Shown piece after piece: positions 19,716-29,318 of a stretch of DNA of 64,000 bases (positions within the stretch are counted from its first letter, which is position 1; each line of letters opens with the position of its first letter). The notes under the pieces are model-generated. The model saw only the letters and a program-made list of their open reading frames with translations. It was not told the DNA's origin and made no database searches. The DNA is from an uncultured Planctomycetia bacterium (lineage in GTDB: Bacteria; Omnitrophota; Gorgyraeia; 2-01-FULL-45-10): contig CAYGRZ010000003.1 in assembly GCA_964352425.1 (NCBI GenBank), forward strand, positions 21,077-85,076, written 5' to 3'. The translations under genes and the position numbers were made by a program.

Positions 19716-21419
19716 CTACTTATCTTTCGAAATTAATATATCGCCCATTATCAGATAATCCATCTGCGTAGAGAGAAAACAATCAATTGCCTGCGCCGGG
19801 TCGCACACAATCGGCTTACCCCTTACATTAAATGATGTATTGAGGATGACCGGCACGCCTGTAAGTTTATAAAAATTGTTAATGAGTTCATAATAGAGCG
19901 AACAATCCTTCCTGGAGACAGTCTGCACCCTTCCCGTGCCGTCAACATGCGTAACGGCAGGGATCTTATTTCTTTTCTCCGGCAATACATCGTATACCAG
20001 CAACATAACAGGTGAAGGATGGTCGTGGTCGAAATATTCCGTTAAATTTTCCTCTAAAATGGAGGGTGCAAACGGACGGAAGTACTCTCTGTGTTTGACC
20101 TTTAGATTAATAATGTCCTTCATCTCCGACTGTCTCGGATCGGCTATGATGGACCTGTGCCCCAGGGCCCTTGGGCCGAACTCTATCCTGCCCTGGAACC
20201 ACCCTAAAATTTTACCGTCGGCTAGAAGTTTAGCGCCATCGGCAGTCGGATTTATGCGCCTATACGGCAGATTCCTAGCCTTAACTTCTTCCAATACCTC
20301 ATCTTCGGTAAATTCCGGACCGAGAAAAGTTATCTCATTTGAAAAAACACGGGGTTTTTTCAGGACGCAATTATGAAAATAGAGGGCCGCGCCTACGCTG
20401 CCGCCGCCGTCTCCGGATGCCGGCTGGATAAAGATATTTTTAAACCTTGATCTCTTTAGCGCATAACCGTTGGCAACCGAATTCAGCCCCACGCCTCCGG
20501 CGATACATAGATTTTTACTTTTTGTGACATCGTAAAGGTAGTTCACCATGTGCAGTATCGCCTCGTTCAAAACCTGTTGAAGGCTAGCCGCAATGGCTTC
20601 ATGCCGACTGTCGATCTCTGATTCAGGGACCCTCACAGGCCCAAATTCGTCAATAAATTTTTTCGACACCCATAATTTGACATTATTCACATGCGCCGCA
20701 TTTCTGTAATAATCGAAATACGAGAGATCCAGTTGATACCCTCCTTCCGGCGTCAGTGTCAGGATTTTCCTGAATTTATCAATATAATCCGGCTTGCCAT
20801 ATGAAGCGAGCCCCATGACCTTACCCTCACCGCTGTTTGGCTTAAAACCGAGGTATTGGGTTACGGAGGCATACAAATATCCGAGCGAGTTAGGATAGGC
20901 GATCTCTTTTATAAGTTTAATCTCGTTGTCTTTCGCATAGTACATGCCCGTGTTGGCCCATTCGCCGGAACCGTCGACTGTCAATATGGCCGATTCAGTA
21001 AAATCTGACAAAAAATAGCTGCTTGCCGCATGAGCCAGATGATGGTTTATGTAATGGAATTTGTACGTTTGTCTCTTTAAATTAAGTTCTTTTTTTATCC
21101 TATCATTGATGAAGACCATATTTGTCCATATGCCGCTGTGGGAATCAAAAAAACCTAAAGAACCGGGCAGATATTTTATAATGGACCATGCCCGATGGTG
21201 CAGCCCCAAAAACGGATCCCAGAAATAAACTACGTGTTCAATATTAGAAAAACTGATATTTTCCCGTTTTAATAAAAATTTTATGGCATTGACCGGAAAC
21301 TCTCCGGTATGCTTTCTAGCAATTATTTTTTCCTCCTCAACTGCGCCTACGAGCCTGCCATCCTTCAGCAACGCTGCAGAGCTATCGCTCTGAAAAGCAG
21401 AGATTCCTAAAATGTACAT
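19716..21419 (-). CDS. Carbamoyltransferase, NodU/CmcH family
   Basis: 567 aa. The N-terminus MYILGISAFQSDSSAALLKDGRLVGAVEEEK and later blocks match the NodU/CmcH O-carbamoyltransferases. Confidence 0.8.
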   Translation of the reverse strand: MYILGISAFQSDSSAALLKDGRLVGAVEEEKIIARKHTGEFPVNAIKFLLKRENISFSNIEHVVYFWDPFLGLHHRAWSIIKYLPGSLGFFDSHSGIWTNMVFINDRIKKELNLKRQTYKFHYINHHLAHAASSYFLSDFTESAILTVDGSGEWANTGMYYAKDNEIKLIKEIAYPNSLGYLYASVTQYLGFKPNSGEGKVMGLASYGKPDYIDKFRKILTLTPEGGYQLDLSYFDYYRNAAHVNNVKLWVSKKFIDEFGPVRVPESEIDSRHEAIAASLQQVLNEAILHMVNYLYDVTKSKNLCIAGGVGLNSVANGYALKRSRFKNIFIQPASGDGGGSVGAALYFHNCVLKKPRVFSNEITFLGPEFTEDEVLEEVKARNLPYRRINPTADGAKLLADGKILGWFQGRIEFGPRALGHRSIIADPRQSEMKDIINLKVKHREYFRPFAPSILEENLTEYFDHDHPSPVMLLVYDVLPEKRNKIPAVTHVDGTGRVQTVSRKDCSLYYELINNFYKLTGVPVILNTSFNVRGKPIVCDPAQAIDCFLSTQMDYLIMGDILISKDK

Positions 21420-21434
21420 GCCATTTCTCCTTTA

Positions 21435-22271
21435 CTATCCATTTTCACCATAGGCACACCAGGTATTGTTGTTACGTTTCTTTATTCGAAAATTCACGAG
21501 TCCAGATTCCGAAAACCATTTCTCAATGTCATCTTTTGTAAAAAAATAAATTATCGGGGTGGACAAAAAATCCAATATGACCGCCTGGCGATAGGTGAAT
21601 CCGTTGCGATACAAATACAGAAAATACTCGATCTTGTTTTTTGCGCCTGACAACCCAAAAATTTTAGTGCCCCAATAGCATATCCATACAAAGACGGACA
21701 ATAATATATTAACCATTAAAGCAATGTAATACCTTACCGTTGCGCCCTGTTTATAAGTGAGCTTCCTTAGGATATTTACCAGTTCCATCGTCCGACGGCT
21801 ATCTTCCTTTGCGTAAATCAGGATCTCTATTTTTCCTCCGGGCGCAAGATAGCGTGCCAGATTTAAAAATCCCATGCGCGGATCCGGGGTATGGTGCAGG
21901 ACCCCGAAGGCGGTAATTATGTCAAACTTCGCGTTAAAAGGCAGCCTATTTAAATCCGACTGCACTATGAATGCATTTGCATTGTCAGCGTTGTTTTTCC
22001 TGGCGGCGTGTACGCTTGGGCTGATATCCACGCCGATCGCAAGACTTGCATCCTGTTTTGCGACAAGATCAGTGACCCTTCCGGTGCCACATCCCGCATC
22101 AAGCACTACCTTTTTGGAAAAATCTTCTTTTTTAATAAACGGGCTTAGCTCATCGAACTCTTTTGAAAAATCAGCGTACAGCCGGTCCTTAAATTTATCG
22201 TTAATTAAGTTCCATTGAAATCCAAACCGTTCTTTGGTTTGATCTATCTTTTCTTTATTCTCTTCGGCCAC
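21435..22271 (-). CDS. Class I SAM-dependent methyltransferase
   Basis: 278 aa. Motif I VLDAGCGTGRVT and motif II ITAFGVLHH. Confidence 0.6.
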   Translation of the reverse strand: MAEENKEKIDQTKERFGFQWNLINDKFKDRLYADFSKEFDELSPFIKKEDFSKKVVLDAGCGTGRVTDLVAKQDASLAIGVDISPSVHAARKNNADNANAFIVQSDLNRLPFNAKFDIITAFGVLHHTPDPRMGFLNLARYLAPGGKIEILIYAKEDSRRTMELVNILRKLTYKQGATVRYYIALMVNILLSVFVWICYWGTKIFGLSGAKNKIEYFLYLYRNGFTYRQAVILDFLSTPIIYFFTKDDIEKWFSESGLVNFRIKKRNNNTWCAYGENG

Positions 22272-23247
22272 AGCTCTCCTTCAAAGTTATTTCCACCGCC
22301 CGTTTAAATTTCACCGTAGGTTGATATTTTAAAATCTTCCTGGCCTTCGCAAGGTCCGGAATTCTTCTGGCTATCTCTTTGTAATCTCCAAAAACATTCT
22401 TCATTGGCGTGTGTACTATTCTTGAACGTTTTGCCCTGCTTGTAATTTTTTTGGCGGCGCCTATAATAATTTCTGCCGACTTTTTCACGCTTACCTCTTC
22501 GTCGGATCCGATATTTATTATCTGGCCGACCGCTTTATCATTTTCTATTGCAAGGAGCGTGCCCAGTACAACATCTGCTACATGAGCCATCGAACGCGTC
22601 TGGATGCCGTCTCCATGCACAGGTATAGGTTCTCCCTTAAGAACTTTATCTATGAACAAAGGCACATGGCCACCGCTCGGGCCATAGTTCGACCTGGAGC
22701 CAAAACAACCGAAATAACGCAGCACCACTACCGGGAGCTTGTATTCCTGATGATACGCGAAGACCAGGTGCTCGCAATAGAGCTTCGATGCGGCATACGA
22801 CCAGCGCTTTATATACGAAGGTCCAAGAACGACATTGCCGTCTTCCCGGAACGGCAGGTCTCTCGATGCTCCGTAGACATCCGATGTGGAGGCAAATACG
22901 AACTTCGCCTTATGTTTCCTGGCAAGGTCGAGCATATTCACGGTGGATTCCACATTGTTCGTAAGAACGTCGAGGCTGGAACCCGTCTCGCCTATCTTTT
23001 TCGAAGCGGCCATGTGGACGACGATATCGAATTTTATGCCCTTAAGCTTATTACAAATCCGCCCTTTTCCGGATATATCGATCTTCTTGAATGTAAAATT
23101 CCTGTTCTTCAGTGCTATTTTTAAATTCGACATCCTGCCGGCAGAAAGATTGTCCACCCCAAAAACGCGATAGCCGTTTTCTAACAATGTATCCGCAAGA
23201 TGCGAGCCGATGAGTCCCGCAACGCCGGTGATAAGGGCCCTCTTCAT
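22255..23247 (-). CDS. NAD-dependent epimerase/dehydratase (SDR family)
   Basis: 330 aa. GxxGxxG Rossmann motif (ITGVAGLIGSHL) and a YxxxK catalytic pair (YAASK). Confidence 0.75.
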   Translation of the reverse strand: MKRALITGVAGLIGSHLADTLLENGYRVFGVDNLSAGRMSNLKIALKNRNFTFKKIDISGKGRICNKLKGIKFDIVVHMAASKKIGETGSSLDVLTNNVESTVNMLDLARKHKAKFVFASTSDVYGASRDLPFREDGNVVLGPSYIKRWSYAASKLYCEHLVFAYHQEYKLPVVVLRYFGCFGSRSNYGPSGGHVPLFIDKVLKGEPIPVHGDGIQTRSMAHVADVVLGTLLAIENDKAVGQIINIGSDEEVSVKKSAEIIIGAAKKITSRAKRSRIVHTPMKNVFGDYKEIARRIPDLAKARKILKYQPTVKFKRAVEITLKESCGRRE

Positions 23248-24338
23248 CTTTTTTTCCTCAATTGACCGACCGTTATTTCAAGTATCTTCCTGGCAGAAGA
23301 AAGATCGCTATAGGACCCTCTCTTATCGCGTCGGTTTTTTCTCGATGCAAAATGCGCGAGTGCCTTGGCGATTTTGCGTTTGTCGACACCGGCAAGGATG
23401 TTCCATCCGGATTCGACGGTCTCGACCCACTCGGTCTCTTCCCTTAAGGTTACGCAGGGTATCTTCAGAAAATACGCCTCTTTCTGCACCCCGCCCGAAT
23501 CTGTGAGTATCGCGGCGGCGTTCATCTCAAGCATCAGCATATCGACATACGGGACCGGCTCTATGCCAACGATATTGCCAGCCAGGCGTATCCCGTGCTT
23601 TGCGATGATATGCTTCGTCCTGGGGTGGACAGGAAATATGACCGGCTTAGCGAGCGCTCCGAACGCTTCAATAAGACGTTTCAGCCTTGCTATATCGTCG
23701 GTATTGTAGGACCTGTGGACAGTCGCAAGATAATACGCCCCCTTCACGAGCCTAAGGCGCCTCAGGACACCCGACCGCCTCTCGGCGATCCTCGAGTACC
23801 GGACAAGCATATCGAGCATGACATCCTCGACCCGGAACACCCCGTTCGTTATGCCTTCGGCCCGCAGATTTTCGATCGCCGTCTTTGTCGGGCAGATCAT
23901 GATATCCGACACGCTGTCCGTCATAATCCTGTTTATCTCCTCCGGCATAGAACGGTTAAAGCTCCTCAGGCCTGCCTCAATATGCACGAGCTTAGCGCCG
24001 GCCTTTTTCGCCGCGACGGCGCCGGCAAGCGTAGAGTTGGTATCGCCATAAACGACAACGGCATCCGGCCTCTCTTTTGCGAATATCACGCCGAGCCCTT
24101 TTATCATCTTCGCTATCTGCTGTGTGCCGGGCCCGGACCCGACACCCAGATTGTACGCAGGCTTGCGCATCTTCAGCTGTCTGAAAAAGACATCGGACAT
24201 GTTGCAATCATAGTGCTGTCCCGTATGGACGACGACGGTCCGTATACAGCCGATGTTTCTGGCCGCGTCGGTCACGAGCGCCATCTTGACGAACTGGGGA
24301 CGCGCCCCTACAACATGCAGTATCTTATAACGTTTCAT
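23244..24338 (-). CDS. wecB: UDP-N-acetylglucosamine 2-epimerase (non-hydrolysing; WecB/WbpI family)
   Basis: YKILHVVGARPQFVKMA...HTGQHYD, typical of this family. I placed the start at ATG 24336..24338 (MKRYKIL), which forms an ATGA overlap with the upstream stop. The track ORF extends to 24422. Confidence 0.8.
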   Translation of the reverse strand: MKRYKILHVVGARPQFVKMALVTDAARNIGCIRTVVVHTGQHYDCNMSDVFFRQLKMRKPAYNLGVGSGPGTQQIAKMIKGLGVIFAKERPDAVVVYGDTNSTLAGAVAAKKAGAKLVHIEAGLRSFNRSMPEEINRIMTDSVSDIMICPTKTAIENLRAEGITNGVFRVEDVMLDMLVRYSRIAERRSGVLRRLRLVKGAYYLATVHRSYNTDDIARLKRLIEAFGALAKPVIFPVHPRTKHIIAKHGIRLAGNIVGIEPVPYVDMLMLEMNAAAILTDSGGVQKEAYFLKIPCVTLREETEWVETVESGWNILAGVDKRKIAKALAHFASRKNRRDKRGSYSDLSSARKILEITVGQLRKKR

Positions 24339-25273
24339 CACAGAGGGAATGACCTTTTCTCCGTCTTCCCGAAGTGATCCAGCGCCTTCAACAGCTCTTT
24401 CTCCGGAAGGTTCTTGTACCAATCGATAGTGATTTTAAGGCCCTTATCGAAAGGAGTGAAATCATCGACCTTCAGGACATCCTTGAGCGCAGTGGTATCG
24501 GCGGCGATGTTCGACCTCTCCGGCTCGCCCGCCCTCATCGGAAGATGTTTCAGCTTGGATTTTGACTTCGTGATCTTGATGATCATCCCCGCAAGCTCGT
24601 TGACCGTTATCGGCAGACCAGTGCCGACGTCTATGACCTTGCCTATCTTGCCGCAGTTGCGCGTAGCGTTAATTGCGATCTTGGCGATATCGGTCACATA
24701 GATCATATCGACCGTCTGATTGCCGTCGCCGAACACCTCGAGGGGCTTATTGTACAAAGCCTGGGCGATGAAGAGCGGCACGGCTTTCCTCACGGGATAG
24801 AGATGCTGCCTCGGGCCGTACGCGTTAAACCACTTGAGGCACGCGATAGACATGCCGAAGTTCTTTATGAACATCATGCAGAACTGCTCTGCGGCGAATT
24901 TGGTTATCGAATACGTGTTCAGCCAATCATTCGGTTTTGTCGGATGGAATACCCTCTTGACGCCGGAAAGCTTCGCAGCCTTGAGCGCGTTAATGGCGCC
25001 ACCTATATTGACGTCGACGGCTCTCGAGTTCGAGAACATGAGCTCGTTCGTGCCGAGGACGCCGGCTATATCATACAGCTCGTCAACTCCCTGCATGGCC
25101 GATATAAGCGTCGCTATATACCGCGTATCGCCGTCAAAATATTCCACGTTCTCCGGAAGCTCGAAATCGGGTTTAGCGATATCATAGATAATAACCTTAT
25201 GCCCTTCCCGCGTAAGCTCCTCTACTACAAAACTTCCGATAAACCCGGAACCTCCCGTAACAAGACACTTCAT
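24338..25273 (-). CDS. NAD-dependent epimerase/dehydratase (SDR family)
   Basis: 311 aa. MKCLVTGGSGFIGSFV Rossmann motif and a YSITK catalytic motif. Confidence 0.75.
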   Translation of the reverse strand: MKCLVTGGSGFIGSFVVEELTREGHKVIIYDIAKPDFELPENVEYFDGDTRYIATLISAMQGVDELYDIAGVLGTNELMFSNSRAVDVNIGGAINALKAAKLSGVKRVFHPTKPNDWLNTYSITKFAAEQFCMMFIKNFGMSIACLKWFNAYGPRQHLYPVRKAVPLFIAQALYNKPLEVFGDGNQTVDMIYVTDIAKIAINATRNCGKIGKVIDVGTGLPITVNELAGMIIKITKSKSKLKHLPMRAGEPERSNIAADTTALKDVLKVDDFTPFDKGLKITIDWYKNLPEKELLKALDHFGKTEKRSFPL

Positions 25274-25331
25274 GATGCTTCTCCTTTCGAATTTTCGTAG
25301 AAAATTCGTTCTGCGGCTCGAGCCACAGGGC

Positions 25332-26723
25332 CTATTCCCCCACTACTATTTCCCGCTTTACGGTCTGGCGCTCGTTTAACGCCAGAAAGCGGTCCACCAC
25401 CTCTTTGTTAATATGCTTGTTCAATACCGTCGTCGCGCTCTGCGCGTAATAGTCCGTCCACAGGTCCTCGGGGAAGTCTATTCCCGCCCCTTTCATCCTG
25501 TCCCAGAGCTCCGAGCCTATATGCGGCGTAGCCACGCTCAGGCTCACATACGCCGGCTCGATCTCTTTGAGGAGATCATATGTCATCTCGACATCCTCCG
25601 GCTCTTCGACGGGCATCCCGAGAAGAATATAGATGGTCATCTCTATGCCGGCCTTCTCGATAAGCCGCACCGTTTCGCGGACGTCCTCTACGGTGATGCC
25701 TTTCTTCATGTATGCAAGGATCTTGTCGCTGCCGGATTCTACGCCGAGCTTTATGCGTTTGCATCCGGCTTCTTTCATGAGCTTCAGCATCTCCTCATCG
25801 AAAGATCCTACACGGGCTTCGCAGCTCCACGCCAGGTCCCACTTCTTGGCTATGATGCGCCTGCAAAGCTCTTTGCCGAACTTTTTGTTAATGCTGATAT
25901 TGTCGTCGCAGAAATAGTAGCGCTTGACGCCGTATTTATCGTGCCTGAAGGCCAGTTCTTCCATTATGTTGTCCACAGACCTGAAGCGGACCCTCTTATT
26001 CCATAGGCGCGGGCTAGAACAGAATATGCAATTCAGCGAACACCCCCTGCTCGAGGTTATCATGCCGAAATTGTTCTTGAGGTCCCTGACCTTTATAAGT
26101 TGATAATCCGGTTCCGGGAACGGCAGGCTATCCAGGTCCTTCATGAGCTCCCGCGGCTTATTGTGGCTGCATTTACCAGAGCTATCCTTGAACGACAGGC
26201 CATGTATGCTCTCGAGCGGATCGCCACGAACGAGTTCGAGCATCGTGTGCTCACCTTCCTGGCGCGCAACGTAGTCGACCCAATCCTTTGTGATCGTATC
26301 CTCATAGACCATAGTCGCATGCGGCCCGCCGACTATGACCTTGATATCCTTATTGACCTCACGGGCAAGCCGCGCTATATTCTCCGCGCACTTAAGCGTC
26401 GCGAAGAGGACTACGGCAATGCCGATCAGGTCCGGGTTATAATCAGCAATCTTTTTCTTTATATCAAGCCACAGCGGATGATCGATATCGTTTATGACCC
26501 TGCGGTAATTGTCATAGCCTTCAAATACTTCTTTCAGGCTCAGGTCCCTGTCCTTCTCCTCATAATCGGCGTTCAGGATCATCGCCTGGAACCCGTTCTT
26601 GTTCAGGTAACTGGCAATATACCCCAGGCCAAGCTGGATCCAGTTGTTCTTTCCGCCCATGAGCCTGTAGAACGGCGGCACGACCAGAAGTATCTTCTTG
26701 AACCGGGGGCTATTTTCCTTCAC
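25332..26723 (-). CDS. B12-binding domain / radical SAM (class B) enzyme
   Basis: 463 aa. B12-binding-like N-terminus (KVIVGGPHAT) and CxxxCxxC (SSRGCSLNCIFCSS). Confidence 0.8.
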   Translation of the reverse strand: MKENSPRFKKILLVVPPFYRLMGGKNNWIQLGLGYIASYLNKNGFQAMILNADYEEKDRDLSLKEVFEGYDNYRRVINDIDHPLWLDIKKKIADYNPDLIGIAVVLFATLKCAENIARLAREVNKDIKVIVGGPHATMVYEDTITKDWVDYVARQEGEHTMLELVRGDPLESIHGLSFKDSSGKCSHNKPRELMKDLDSLPFPEPDYQLIKVRDLKNNFGMITSSRGCSLNCIFCSSPRLWNKRVRFRSVDNIMEELAFRHDKYGVKRYYFCDDNISINKKFGKELCRRIIAKKWDLAWSCEARVGSFDEEMLKLMKEAGCKRIKLGVESGSDKILAYMKKGITVEDVRETVRLIEKAGIEMTIYILLGMPVEEPEDVEMTYDLLKEIEPAYVSLSVATPHIGSELWDRMKGAGIDFPEDLWTDYYAQSATTVLNKHINKEVVDRFLALNERQTVKREIVVGE

Positions 26724-26738
26724 AGATGATCCCCTGCA

Positions 26739-27452
26739 TTATTTCCTGCATACAGCGATGAGCATCTTCGAATAGATCCTGGGCCTGTCACAACCAAGCT
26801 CTACCAGATAAATAAGCTTTAAGATCAAAAACCACACACGAAGAGCAATGGCGCGTAGAAGCGAAAATATACCGAAATTTATCGGATATTTATTACCGGT
26901 TATCCTGACGTTCTTAAAACCGGCCATTGAAAGCACCTGCTCCAGGCTGTATTCGGTATATGCTATCTCATGAGTGAAATCTTTGTACCGTATATACATG
27001 CCCCCGAGCGTACTAAAATTCACCGTTCGCAGTAACAGGATCCCGCCCTCCTTCAGCGACAGCCTGATCGCCTTTACTATGCCGACCGTGTCCTTTTTCG
27101 GCAGATGTTCCAGGGTGTCATTAAGCACTATGAAATCAAATGTGCCGGCTTTCTGTGACAGGTACTCAACGACATCTCTGACCAGCTCGACATTCGCGAT
27201 ATTTTGCTTCCTGCAGAAATCGACCATCTCGGATGAAACGTCAACACCGGATACATTGCTGTATTTCTTCGTTCGAAGATATGTGATGAATTCTCCCATG
27301 CCGCATCCGATATCCAGTATCCTGGCACCGGTATCACGAGGCAAGTACGCAGCATATTCGCTCTCATAGAACTTATAGGCCACTGCCCTGTTCCTGGGGT
27401 CCGTAAAACGTGCCGTTGACAGATAATTCTCGAAATATTCTTCGCTCTTCAT
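26739..27452 (-). CDS. Class I SAM-dependent methyltransferase
   Basis: Motif I ILDIGCGMGEF and motif II FIVLNDTLEHL. I chose the start at ATG 27450..27452 (MKSEEYF). The track ORF extends to 27608 and would overlap the next gene by about 150 nt. Confidence 0.6.
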   Translation of the reverse strand: MKSEEYFENYLSTARFTDPRNRAVAYKFYESEYAAYLPRDTGARILDIGCGMGEFITYLRTKKYSNVSGVDVSSEMVDFCRKQNIANVELVRDVVEYLSQKAGTFDFIVLNDTLEHLPKKDTVGIVKAIRLSLKEGGILLLRTVNFSTLGGMYIRYKDFTHEIAYTEYSLEQVLSMAGFKNVRITGNKYPINFGIFSLLRAIALRVWFLILKLIYLVELGCDRPRIYSKMLIAVCRK

Positions 27453-27459
27453 GCAGATC

Positions 27460-28464
27460 TCACAATAATTTCTCTGCCAGCGCCTCCGCAGGCAAATGCG
27501 CATATTCCCATCCATGGAAGATCGGAGGACATACATGGTTGGCTTTGATAAATTCAGCGTTCGGGAATTCCCCTCCCAGGCCCATAAACTCATGACAAAG
27601 CTCTCCATACACCTTACCGGTCTCTATCTTAAGCTTTTTTTCAAAAGCTATATACTTGTAATAGCCGGATTCCATGCCTGCCGGGAACATGACCCTCCTG
27701 GGAAAGATCCTGTCGTATTTTTTTGCCAGGTCTCTTTTCCATTTTAATATCTCCGGCAATCTTTCGAACTGGACGATCCCCAGGGCGGCGGTAAATTCGC
27801 TCATCCTGAAGTTAAAGGCCTTGATCTTATAATCGAATTTTCCGTAATTCCTGAATTTCTTTACAAACTCGTACAACCCCTCGTCTTTTGTCACCACCAT
27901 CCCGCCCTCACCCGTCGTCATCGTCTTGGTCGCATAGAAAGAATAGCCCCCGCCCACACCGAATGAACCGGCAGAGCGTCCCATGAACGTGGCGCCGTGC
28001 GCATGTGCGCAGTCTTCCAGGAGGGTTATCTTGTGCGCGTCACAGATCTCTTTTATCTTTAATATGTCAAACGCTATATGGCCGCCTATATGGACGACCA
28101 TGACCGCTTTCGTATTCTTGGTGATCCTCTTCTCCAGGTCCCCGGCGCTCATGCAGAGATCTTCCCTATTGCAGTCGCAGAAGACCGGCGTACCCCCTGC
28201 CCATTGGACCGCAAGCGGAGTCGCCATAAAAGTGTTCGTCGGCACGATCACCTCTTTCCCCTGCACGCCGACATATTCCAGGAGAGCCAGGAGTGCTGCT
28301 CCGCCGTTCGTAACACCAAGCGCTTTCAAACCGACGAATTCGCCAAAGCGCTTCTCGAGCTCCTTGATCGCATCGCCTTCAGACCAAAAGCTTGACGCAA
28401 ATACCCTGTCGAGTAACTTATAGTAATTTTTCTTACTCCTGTCGTCAAAAGGTATGGTGAACAT
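27460..28464 (-). CDS. DegT/DnrJ/EryC1/StrS family PLP-dependent sugar aminotransferase
   Basis: 334 aa with a typical DegT-family core (VVHIGGHIAFD, NFRMSEFTAALG). Confidence 0.75.
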   Translation of the reverse strand: MFTIPFDDRSKKNYYKLLDRVFASSFWSEGDAIKELEKRFGEFVGLKALGVTNGGAALLALLEYVGVQGKEVIVPTNTFMATPLAVQWAGGTPVFCDCNREDLCMSAGDLEKRITKNTKAVMVVHIGGHIAFDILKIKEICDAHKITLLEDCAHAHGATFMGRSAGSFGVGGGYSFYATKTMTTGEGGMVVTKDEGLYEFVKKFRNYGKFDYKIKAFNFRMSEFTAALGIVQFERLPEILKWKRDLAKKYDRIFPRRVMFPAGMESGYYKYIAFEKKLKIETGKVYGELCHEFMGLGGEFPNAEFIKANHVCPPIFHGWEYAHLPAEALAEKLL

Positions 28465-28478
28465 CGCGTATATCTCCT

Positions 28479-29318
28479 TTACATCTTTGTTATGGTAACT
28501 ACCAGCTTGGAACCGAAATATTTTAAGACCCTATTATTTTTAAGCCCGTAAGAAAAAAACCGCAATCTGTCGCAGATATTCGCGCGGCTTCCCAGGATGG
28601 GCATATTAACAGGAAGCAGGACGTTGTACCCCTTCACCCTGAAATCAAGCCCTGTCTTCTTGAGCGCACGCAGCATCCTGAGCGGCGAGATGAGGCGAAA
28701 GTTGATCTTCTCGGGAGCAGCCTTAAAATGAGTCTTAAACCCCAGAGATCGCTTGCATTCTTTCAGCCACCGTATGGCCCTGAAACCGAGCTGGCTTCCC
28801 TCGAGGAATCGATACCAGTAATTTGTGATCTGGGAAATGTGCCACGGATTCATGAAGTCAAACACCACCATGCCGCCTTTTTTAGTAACACGCAGCATTT
28901 CACGGATGGCTTTCGGCACAGCGTCCACATAGGGCATAACGCCGATGGCAAATGTAATGTCGAACGACCCTTCCCTGAACGGGATATTATTGACGTCGGC
29001 CAAACTGAGCCGTACCGGCATACGCTCGCTGTGAAAACGTTTTTGGCAATCGCTCAGCAGATTACCGCAGAAATCGATGCCATATACTGCTTTGCCGCCC
29101 CGCGCAAGGCCGAGGGCAAAAAACTCGCCCGTTCCTATGCCGCACTCCAGCACCTTGGCGCCCCGCGCATCAAGGATCGTGTTCAAGGTATCCTGGAAGT
29201 GGTCCTTCTTATAATAGTCCGAGACGAGCCTCTGCGAGCTGGCAGTAAGCCATTGGTCGGAATATTCGATCTTATTATAGGCCTCGCGTTCCTTGCCTTT
29301 TAATACGACCTCTTTCAT
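28479..29318 (-). CDS. Class I SAM-dependent methyltransferase
   Basis: 279 aa. Motif I VLECGIGTGEFF and motif II ITFAIGVMPY. Confidence 0.6.
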   Translation of the reverse strand: MKEVVLKGKEREAYNKIEYSDQWLTASSQRLVSDYYKKDHFQDTLNTILDARGAKVLECGIGTGEFFALGLARGGKAVYGIDFCGNLLSDCQKRFHSERMPVRLSLADVNNIPFREGSFDITFAIGVMPYVDAVPKAIREMLRVTKKGGMVVFDFMNPWHISQITNYWYRFLEGSQLGFRAIRWLKECKRSLGFKTHFKAAPEKINFRLISPLRMLRALKKTGLDFRVKGYNVLLPVNMPILGSRANICDRLRFFSYGLKNNRVLKYFGSKLVVTITKM

